Shown in pieces: positions 56,914 through 64,000 of a stretch of 64,000 nt of DNA. Where the stretch lies: positions 544,001 through 608,000 of the forward strand of contig OZ243916.1 in assembly GCA_965213675.1 (NCBI GenBank). The letters run 5' to 3'. Position 1 is the stretch's first letter. Each line of letters begins with the position of its first letter. The translations under genes were made by a program, and so were the position numbers. The stretch is from an uncultured Candidatus Binatia bacterium (lineage in GTDB: Bacteria; Desulfobacterota; Binatia; UBA9968; JAJDTQ01). The notes under the pieces are model-generated. The model was not told where the DNA came from. It worked only from the letters and a program-made list of their open reading frames with translations, and made no database searches.

Positions 56914-58025
56914 AACAGGTCCGGAAACAGGTCCTCCGGTATCTCCCGTCCGAGTCCCTGGCTCACCGCCGCCTCGTACACCTTGCCCGCAAGGGCGGCG
57001 AACTGCAGACCGAAGCCGACGCTGTTGTTGAAGCAGGTGATCTGCTCGGAGTCGGTGCGGCCGGGGTGGCGGTTGAGCAGCAGGTCGGGCAGGTCGGGGG
57101 CGTGGGCCCAGTCGATGTCCACGGCTTCGCCGGGCGGGTAGCCCTTGTCGATATCCAGCAGGACCCGCGGGGGCAGAGGTCCCTTGTCGTTCCGGGCTAC
57201 GAAGACCATCGGCCCGAGGTTGTCCCGGGAGTTGACGGCGAGCACGTCGAAACGGTTGAAGGTCTCCGGCGCGATCTCGCAATGGCGCACCGAGCACACG
57301 TACATGCCGGGCTCCAGCCAGGCGCTTTGGATCACCGGCGTCAGGGCGTTGGTGGCGATGATGACGATGTCGCTGCCGCGCATGGCTTTTTCGGCGCTGT
57401 CCACGGCCGCCACATCCGGACGATTCTCCCACCGCGGATCCTCGACGAAACGCTTGCGGTGGTCCGCGTTGGGGCTGAAGACCCGGATGGATCGGATCCC
57501 GCCGGTGGCGTGCAGCATGGCTTCCACGTGCGCCCCGGCCATGAAACCGGTGCCGAGCACTCCCACGCTGGCGGCGTCGGGCCTGGCAAGATATGTGGCC
57601 GCAAGACCCGCGGCGGCGCCTACCCGGAGATTGCGAATGTGCCCCTCGCTGACCAGGGCGAGCAGGTCGCCGTTCTCCAGGCTGAACAGAAACAGCAAGC
57701 CCCGCGTGACGCTGTGGGACCGGCGCGTGCCCGGGGTCCGGTCCCGGCGAAAGCTGCCGGCGCGCTCCTGCCAGAAAAGCTTGTCGGTGAGGAACCGGAT
57801 GGCCGCGTACTTCCGCGTGGCGGCGGACATGGTCTTCAGGCTGTGGGCGCCGGGCAGCGTGTTGCCGTCCACGTCCACGTAGGAATCGGGCGTCAGCAGA
57901 TCGATCCGCGGGCTTGTGACGGCGGCGCCGGCGCCGAGATCCCGGTAGGCTTCCTCAAGGGCCGCCAGACTCGTGGGCATGTCCAGAAGCCGTTCGGCGT
58001 CGTTGTGGTCAATGGCGAGTATCAT
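56910..58025 (-). CDS. Ornithine cyclodeaminase/mu-crystallin family
   Basis: LRVGAA.G, VLGTG.MA, SDIVIIATN, GRT..EQIT.F.N..G.GLQFAA. Confidence 0.85.
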   Translation of the reverse strand: MILAIDHNDAERLLDMPTSLAALEEAYRDLGAGAAVTSPRIDLLTPDSYVDVDGNTLPGAHSLKTMSAATRKYAAIRFLTDKLFWQERAGSFRRDRTPGTRRSHSVTRGLLFLFSLENGDLLALVSEGHIRNLRVGAAAGLAATYLARPDAASVGVLGTGFMAGAHVEAMLHATGGIRSIRVFSPNADHRKRFVEDPRWENRPDVAAVDSAEKAMRGSDIVIIATNALTPVIQSAWLEPGMYVCSVRHCEIAPETFNRFDVLAVNSRDNLGPMVFVARNDKGPLPPRVLLDIDKGYPPGEAVDIDWAHAPDLPDLLLNRHPGRTDSEQITCFNNSVGFGLQFAALAGKVYEAAVSQGLGREIPEDLFPDLF

Positions 58026-58321
58026 GTGCATTCCTCTGACAATGGAACGTTGGCGATTGGATTCAGGGGCGTTCCGCCGAGGCCGGGGGAGCGCCGATGA
58101 TTCCCGAAGGCTGGCGCGTTGTCAAGACGCCGGCGCCATGCCTCGGCGTCGATTGATGGATTGCCAAAAATGCAAACCCGTATAACGTTCCAGATATTTC
58201 TCGTAGTTGTGTCGTGCAACAAACTCTATGATTCCCGAGTGTGTTTATGTATACTCCCCGCGATTGGCCGAAGGGGCAGGGCCACAGGCACGTTGCGGAG
58301 ACCCACGACAGGAGGCGTAGA

Positions 58322-58888
58322 ATGGCACTCGATCCGGCAGCCACTGCCAGCACATTCGACCGTTACATCGAGGAGCTTCGCGCGCTGTGGAAGGACAGCA
58401 ACGACGTGAATCTTCCCTTCAAGGTGAAGGCCGCCATGGAGCGGATGCTCGCATCCACGAGTCCCGACGATCCGTGGATGGCGGAGATCATCGGGGACGC
58501 CAAGCCGTCGCGGGAACTCTACCGGGATCCGGAGTACGGATTCGTCCAGATGGGTCACGTCCATCCCCAAGGGCACGGCAATCTGCCCCATGACCACGGC
58601 CCTTGCTGGGTGGTCTACGGCGCCTATCAGGGACTGACGGAGATCAGCCTGTACGAGCGTGTCGACGACGGCAGGAACGCGGACAGGGCGGACCTGCGCA
58701 CCACTGAGGTCCACAAGCTGGGAGCCGGCGTCGTCTACCCCTATCTGACCGGACAGATCCATTCGACGCACGCAGCCGAGACGCCCGCGGTGGTCTTTCG
58801 CTTCCTGAGCGCGGATCTCACCCGGATCCTGCGCCGGCGCTATGACGTCGAGACAGGCGAGGTATCGCTCATCGAGCCGCAGCCGTAA
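58322..58888 (+). CDS. Cysteine-dioxygenase-like cupin protein
   Basis: LYRDPEYGFV, PHDHG..W.VYG...G, Y.R.DDG, IHS; AGGAGG RBS. Confidence 0.75.
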   Translation: MALDPAATASTFDRYIEELRALWKDSNDVNLPFKVKAAMERMLASTSPDDPWMAEIIGDAKPSRELYRDPEYGFVQMGHVHPQGHGNLPHDHGPCWVVYGAYQGLTEISLYERVDDGRNADRADLRTTEVHKLGAGVVYPYLTGQIHSTHAAETPAVVFRFLSADLTRILRRRYDVETGEVSLIEPQP

Positions 58889-59016
58889 CGGTTTGCCGCC
58901 AGAACCCGGGCATTCCCGGCCGCAGGATGCGCCCGGCGGCCGCAGCGAATGTGGCGCAGTCCGCGCGTGAATTGCAGGGCCGGTTCTCCGCCAGGCGCCG
59001 AAAGGAGTTGGAACGC

Positions 59017-59373
59017 ATGGACGTCGATATCAAGTGGGGCCGGAAGGACGGGCTCGTGATCGCCATGCTGGCCGGTCGTTTCAGCAGCGCCAACGCGCCC
59101 CTGTTCGAAAGCCTGTTGGAGAACGGAATCGACCCGTCCGACCACGCGTTGATCCTGGACTTCGAGCACGTGACCTTCCTGAGCAGCGCGGGTCTCCGAG
59201 TCGTCCTGAGCATTGGCCGGCAGTTCAACAAGCCGGGAAAGAAGTACGCCATGTGCGCCCTTCAGGAAGGGGTTCGCGGTATTGTCAAACTCAGCGGCAT
59301 AGACAGGTTGATCCCGGTATACGACACGCAGACATCGGCGGTGGCCGCGTACGAAGCAAAACCGTCTCCGTGA
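59017..59373 (+). CDS. STAS domain anti-sigma factor antagonist
   Basis: L.GR....NA..F, ILDF..V.FLSSAGLR (phosphoacceptor Ser), LSG.D; AAAGGAG RBS. Confidence 0.88.
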   Translation: MDVDIKWGRKDGLVIAMLAGRFSSANAPLFESLLENGIDPSDHALILDFEHVTFLSSAGLRVVLSIGRQFNKPGKKYAMCALQEGVRGIVKLSGIDRLIPVYDTQTSAVAAYEAKPSP

Positions 59374-59440
59374 GTTTCGCACAGGGCCCGTCTTGACGGA
59401 TGCCGTGTTCCCCGCCGCATTCCCTTTGATCTCCTGGCCG

Positions 59441-59593
59441 CTTGCGCCGCAGGAATTCACGGCTGCTTGTCCGTTCTCATCCGTCTTTTCGGCCGCTGGA
59501 TTTCGTCAAATTTGACCTGAAATTCTCCTCATTCCACTTGCCGAAGGGATGGCGATCGCGAATTTACGCTTTCGCGAATGCCTGCGGCGCAGG
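59441..59593. mobile_element. MITE-like element family B
   Basis: 20-bp TIR CTTGCGCCGCAGGAATTCAC / GCGAATGCCTGCGGCGCAGG; central palindrome GTCAAATTTGAC; second copy inside 45192-45349. Confidence 0.75.
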
Positions 59594-59634
59594 CTCCTGG
59601 ACAACGACGTGTCCGGGAATCCCGTCGAAGGTTC

Positions 59635-60990
59635 ATGGAGTTCGAGGAAATCGTCGTGAACGAACCCTACCCCGGCGCTCCCGAGAGCCGGATGATCGAA
59701 ACCGCCGCGCCCGAAGTCATCCGGCAGCTCCAGGGTGAACGCCTCGCCGCCCTCGTGCAGCGCGCTTGGGACCGCATCCCGTTCTACCGCCACCGCTGGG
59801 AAGCCTGCGGCCTCCAACCCGGCGACATCCGCGCCGCCGGCGACATCCGCAAGCTCCCGGTCATTCGCAAGAGCGACTTCGAGGACAGCCTGCGGCTGCA
59901 CCCGCCCTTCGGCGACTACCAGGGCGACTTCGCCGCGGTACGGGTGCAGGCCAGCTCCGGCACGTCGGGCAACCCCAAGCCGTTCTTCTTCACGCGGAAC
60001 GACTGGGACATCATCGCCAGGCTGTGGAGCCGGCGCTTCCACGCCCAGGGTGTCAGGGAACGGGACATCCTCCAGATCGTGTTTGCCTACACGCTGTTCA
60101 TCGTGGGCTTCACCGCGTCAGAGGGCGCCATGCGCCTGGGCGCGCTGGTGGTGCCCACCGGCAGCGGCAGCGTCACTCCGAGCGAGCGGCAGGTGAAGAT
60201 CGCCCGGGACTGGGGCACCACGGTTCTGGCCGGAACCCCGTCCTATGTGCTCCACCTGGCCGACGTGGCCGAGGCGCAGGGTCTCGACTTGAGAAAGGAC
60301 TTCCGCCTGCGCCGCACCATCCACACGTCCGAGACCATGACCGAGGCGGCGCGCCGGGCCATCGAGAGCCGCTGGGGCGTGACCGCCTACGACAACTTCG
60401 GCAGCGTCGAGACCGGCTCTCCCACGTTCGAGTGCGAGGAACGCAACGGCTACCACGTGAACGAGGACGCCTACATCTTCGAGGTGCTGGATCCGCGTAC
60501 CCACGAGCCGGCCGCCGCGGGCGAGGAGGGCGTGCTCGTGGTCACCTGCCTGTTCAAGGAGGCGGCGCCCGTCATCCGCTACAACATCGAGGACCTGTGC
60601 GCGTTCATCGAGGGCGCGTGCGGCTGCGGGCGCACCTTCCGGCGCATCTCCCGGCTGCGCGGGCGCCTGAGCGACATGGTCAAGGTGAGCGGCATCCCGT
60701 TCTACCCGACGTCGGTGGAGAGCGCGTTGGAGCGGCTGCCGCAGCTCACCCGCGAGTATCGTGTCACGGTGGATCGGGTGGGGCAGCAGGACCGCCTGAC
60801 GGTGGAGGTGGAAATGCGCCCCGGCTGCGAATCCGGCGACGGCATCCGGCGGCAACTGGAGCGGGAACTCAAGGTGGCCACGAACCTCACCATGGAGGCG
60901 GTGCTGTTGTCGCCCGGCGCACTGGCGCGTTCCCTGGGAGTGGAGAACCGCATCAAGGTGCGGCGCATCCGGGACCGCCGGCCGTCGTGA
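59635..60990 (+). CDS. Phenylacetate--CoA ligase (PaaK) family protein
   Basis: KLP..RK.D, ASSGTSG.P, GTPSY, FGS.E, IRY...D, C.CGR, GR.SDM.KV.G...YP. Confidence 0.88.
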   Translation: MEFEEIVVNEPYPGAPESRMIETAAPEVIRQLQGERLAALVQRAWDRIPFYRHRWEACGLQPGDIRAAGDIRKLPVIRKSDFEDSLRLHPPFGDYQGDFAAVRVQASSGTSGNPKPFFFTRNDWDIIARLWSRRFHAQGVRERDILQIVFAYTLFIVGFTASEGAMRLGALVVPTGSGSVTPSERQVKIARDWGTTVLAGTPSYVLHLADVAEAQGLDLRKDFRLRRTIHTSETMTEAARRAIESRWGVTAYDNFGSVETGSPTFECEERNGYHVNEDAYIFEVLDPRTHEPAAAGEEGVLVVTCLFKEAAPVIRYNIEDLCAFIEGACGCGRTFRRISRLRGRLSDMVKVSGIPFYPTSVESALERLPQLTREYRVTVDRVGQQDRLTVEVEMRPGCESGDGIRRQLERELKVATNLTMEAVLLSPGALARSLGVENRIKVRRIRDRRPS

Positions 60991-61046
60991 CGCCCGCCCC
61001 CGGGCGCCGGTTTGCGGTACCGGGGTTTTCCGGTACCCCTGACATC

Positions 61047-62174
61047 ATGGAAAGCATCGAAGACGCCGCCCGCGCCCTGGCCCTGGACCGCAAGTGGCTT
61101 CAGGAGTTCGACGTGGTCGATCCCTTGAACGACACGTCGCTGCGCGGCTTTCTCTCCCGGCGGCCGGATCATCGCTACGGGGCGCTGGCGCTCACCCACG
61201 TGAACGAGGCGCCGGCGCCGCAGATCGTGTTCGCCACGCCCAAGCTGCACTATCCCTTCGACCGGCAGGGCCGGTTCCATTTCCCGCCCCTTCGCGAGAT
61301 CGAGATCTTCGAGAAGTACGACGGCACCAACGTGCTCGCCTACGCCTACCACGCCGCGGGCGGGCGCCGGTTCCTGACCTACAAGCTGCGCCTGTCGCCG
61401 GTGCTGCGCAACGGCCGCTTCGGCGCGTTCCTGGACCTGTGGCGGGAGCTGCTGGGGCGCTACCCGGTCATTCCCGAGCTGGTGGACTTGAACGGCTGCG
61501 CCCTCGGGTTCGAACTTTACGGGCGCCGCAACGCCCATCTCATTCACTACGAGAATCCCCTGGACTGTGTGCTGCTCTACGGCGTCACCGGGGATGGAAA
61601 CCCGGTGTCGCCATCCGTGCTGGACGGCCGCGGGGTCCCGACGGCCACGCGTTACGGCGCCCTGGCCGCGGGCCGGGATCCGGTGGCGGAGTACGGCGCG
61701 ATTCGCGAGCGTATGGAACGGGACAACCGCCCGGCGGATGACGGCCGCATCGCGGGCGTGGAAGGCGCCGTGTGGTACGTGCACACCGGCGCCGGCGCCA
61801 CGGTGCTGTTCAAGTGCAAGCCCGAATCGGTGGAGCAGGTGCACTGGGTGGGCAGCATCCACAAGGCCGCGGTCACCGCCACCTGCTGGAACGTCTTCGA
61901 GAGCCAGGACGCGCTCACCTACGAGACCCTGTATCCGCTCCTGGCCGAAGAGTACGACGGCGACGAGATCGAACGCTTCAGGACCTGCATTGACGAATGC
62001 ATCGCCGCGGTGTGCGAGGAGATGGAGTTCAAGAACCGGGTGCTGGACGAATATCGCCGGGTGGGGGTCACCCTTGCCGAGGACAAGGGCGCGGTCATGC
62101 GCCGCCTTTCGGGCAAGTTCCGGAAGCAGGAGATGAAGAAGGTCTTTGCCCTCATCGCGCTCGATGAAGGGTAG
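61047..62174 (+). CDS. ATP-dependent RNA-ligase-fold nucleotidyltransferase (hypothetical)
   Basis: Motif I EKYDGTN, III FELYG, IV EGAV, V FKCK, upstream TPKLHY; helical C-terminal domain. Confidence 0.7.
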   Translation: MESIEDAARALALDRKWLQEFDVVDPLNDTSLRGFLSRRPDHRYGALALTHVNEAPAPQIVFATPKLHYPFDRQGRFHFPPLREIEIFEKYDGTNVLAYAYHAAGGRRFLTYKLRLSPVLRNGRFGAFLDLWRELLGRYPVIPELVDLNGCALGFELYGRRNAHLIHYENPLDCVLLYGVTGDGNPVSPSVLDGRGVPTATRYGALAAGRDPVAEYGAIRERMERDNRPADDGRIAGVEGAVWYVHTGAGATVLFKCKPESVEQVHWVGSIHKAAVTATCWNVFESQDALTYETLYPLLAEEYDGDEIERFRTCIDECIAAVCEEMEFKNRVLDEYRRVGVTLAEDKGAVMRRLSGKFRKQEMKKVFALIALDEG

Positions 62175-62234
62175 CCCGCCCGGGGACACGGCGCGTCCTT
62201 GCAATCGCCCCATCGCCCCCTTACGTTGAACGCC

Positions 62235-63668
62235 ATGATCTTCGACGACAACCGCGGTTTTATCGATGCGTTGCGGCAGTCCGGCGACCTCGTGGAAGTG
62301 GCAAGGGAAGTGAGCTGGGACCTGGAACTCGGCGCCGTCAGCCGGCTGGCGTGCGAGAAGGACGGCCCCGCGGTGTGGTTCAAGCGTGTCACCGATTACG
62401 TGGAGGACGTGTCGGTGTTCGTCAATCCGGTGGCCACCTGGCGGCGCATCGCCATCGCCCTGGGGTTGCCGCCCACGGCCACGGTGCGGGAAATCTACGA
62501 AGCCTACGAGAAGGGGGAAGCCAACCCCGTCGAGCCGGTGGAAGTGACACGGGCGCCGTGCAAGCAGGTGATCCGACTGGGCGCCGCCGCCAACCTGTGG
62601 GACCTCCCCACGCCCATGCTCCACGAGGGCGACGGCGGCCGTTACCTGGGCACCTGGGACTTGGTCATCTCCAGGGACGCGGACAGTGGCTGGGTCAACT
62701 GGGGCATGTACCGGTTCATGGTCTACGACGCGCACCACCTCACCGGCTTCCCGCGCCCCACCAGCCACCTGGGCAAGGTATTCCTGGACCAGTACGCCGC
62801 CCGGGGGAAGCCCATGCCCCTGGCCATCGCCATCGGCGCCGACCCCTTGTCGCACTTCGCCGCGGCGGCCACCTACGCCCTGGGGGGCGACGAGGCGAGC
62901 CTGGCGGGCGGTTTGCGCGGGCGGCCCGTGGAGATGATCCGCTGCGAAACCAGCGACCTGCGGGTGCCGGCCCATTCCGAGATCGTCATCGAGGGTGAAG
63001 TGCTGCCCGATCGGGTGGGGCTGGAGGGACCCTACGGCGAGTACCCGGGCTACCGCACCGGCGAAATGGGCAACGGCATCCTGTTCCGCACCACCGCCAT
63101 CACCCACCGGGAGAAGCCCGTGCTCACGGTGGACGCCACCGGCTACAAGGACGACAGCTCCACGGTGACGGCGCTGTCCGGCGCGCTGGCCATCAAGCGC
63201 CGGCTGGAGCGCCACGGCGTGCCGGTGCGGGACGTGTACGTGCCGCCGGAGGGGGCCGTGCACCTGGCGGTGATGAGCGTGGAGTACGGCGGTCAAGAGG
63301 TGGCCCGCAAGGTGCTCCAGGTGCTGACTTCGCGCCGGGCGCTGCTCTCCAAGCTCTTCCTCGTGGACACCGATACCGACGTGTTCGACATGGGCAAGGT
63401 GCTGCACGCCTTCTCCACCAAGTGCCATCCGGCCAACGGCATCCACGTGATCCACTACGAGGGCCGGGCCAATACGCTCACGCCCTGTTACAGCCAGGCG
63501 GAGCGCGCCGCGCAGAAGGGCGCCACCGTGCTGTACGACTGCACCTGGCCGGGAGAGTGGTCGCGGGAGTGGGAGACGCCGGTGAAGGCGACGCTGGATT
63601 CGATCTTCTCGGAAGAGGTGCGGGAGAAGGTGCTGAAGAACTGGAGCGACTATGGCTTCAAGCAGTGA
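62235..63668 (+). CDS. UbiD-family (de)carboxylase, phenylphosphate carboxylase alpha (PpcA)-like
   Basis: NR.FI..L..SGD, EV.WD.E.GA, H.GDGGRYLGTW, NWGMYR, EGPYGEYPGY, DCTWP..W, EKV..NW.DYGF. Confidence 0.85.
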   Translation: MIFDDNRGFIDALRQSGDLVEVAREVSWDLELGAVSRLACEKDGPAVWFKRVTDYVEDVSVFVNPVATWRRIAIALGLPPTATVREIYEAYEKGEANPVEPVEVTRAPCKQVIRLGAAANLWDLPTPMLHEGDGGRYLGTWDLVISRDADSGWVNWGMYRFMVYDAHHLTGFPRPTSHLGKVFLDQYAARGKPMPLAIAIGADPLSHFAAAATYALGGDEASLAGGLRGRPVEMIRCETSDLRVPAHSEIVIEGEVLPDRVGLEGPYGEYPGYRTGEMGNGILFRTTAITHREKPVLTVDATGYKDDSSTVTALSGALAIKRRLERHGVPVRDVYVPPEGAVHLAVMSVEYGGQEVARKVLQVLTSRRALLSKLFLVDTDTDVFDMGKVLHAFSTKCHPANGIHVIHYEGRANTLTPCYSQAERAAQKGATVLYDCTWPGEWSREWETPVKATLDSIFSEEVREKVLKNWSDYGFKQ

Positions 63669-63972
63669 GACGCCGGTCTGGGACACCTTCGTGCGCCGGC
63701 CGGGGGATGTGCGGTGCGGCGTGGAGACGCCGCTGGTGTTGCGGGACCTCAAGCCGGGCCGCGGCAAGTACGGCCTCCGGCACGTCGTCGGCGTGATTCA
63801 TGAGGATGGCGGTTCGGGCGAGCGCCTCGTCGTGCGCACCGTGGTGGGCGTGGCGCTGCCCGGTTCCTATTCCGTGGAAATCGTCCGGGACTTGCCGCAA
63901 GAGATCACGGGCACTCCGTACCGCGACTTCTATGCCGCGCTCCGGCAGGCCGCGGCAAAGAGCCAGGCGTGA
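63652..63972 (+). CDS. Phenylphosphate carboxylase gamma subunit (PpcC)-like protein
   Basis: WDTFV......G.E..L.LR.L.PG..KY...V pattern recalled from PpcC; overlaps UbiD stop; GGAG RBS. Confidence 0.65.
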   Translation: MASSSETPVWDTFVRRPGDVRCGVETPLVLRDLKPGRGKYGLRHVVGVIHEDGGSGERLVVRTVVGVALPGSYSVEIVRDLPQEITGTPYRDFYAALRQAAAKSQA

Positions 63973-63975
63973 TCC

Positions 63976-64000
63976 ATGGAGTTGCGCGACGCACGGATGC
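63976..64000 (+). CDS. Start of next operon gene (MELRDARM...), possibly a second UbiD subunit
   Basis: ATG 3 nt after previous stop; only 8 codons visible. Confidence 0.3.

Noticed and set aside
59766-62174. 802-aa ORF suggesting a PaaK-ligase fusion
   Set aside because: First ~427 aa are an alternative frame of the paaK-like gene; the real gene starts at 61047

Overview
High-GC bacterial window dominated by paralogous small-molecule and aromatic catabolic enzymes: 3 amidohydrolases, 3 ornithine-cyclodeaminase-like, 2 Cys-less arylmalonate-decarboxylase-like, 2 dihydroxyphthalate-decarboxylase-like, 2 MmgE/PrpD, a CoxSLM-type Mo hydroxylase, LLM/FAD/PhyH oxygenases, and a PaaK-like ligase plus phenylphosphate-carboxylase-like UbiD cluster. 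A few housekeeping genes are present (asnS, tadA, prpB/prpD, msrPQ, tRNA-Lys-UUU). Two accessory patches (about 1.9-6.8 kb and 32.9-37.5 kb) carry toxin-antitoxin/defence genes and pseudogenes. Best leads: (1) a NYN/PIN-fold RNase gene preceded by its own sigma70-like promoter and a ~65-nt two-hairpin RNA ending in a terminator, the layout of an RNA-antitoxin (type III-like) system; (2) an orphan RNA-ligase-fold nucleotidyltransferase between a CoA ligase and PpcA/PpcC-like carboxylase genes; (3) a selenocysteine BCP peroxiredoxin (in-frame UGA plus SECIS-like hairpin) truncated by the ORF track; (4) two MITE-like families, including a chimera and an insertion whose empty site can be reconstructed in nnrS. 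All family calls are from motif recognition by eye; no database searches were run.
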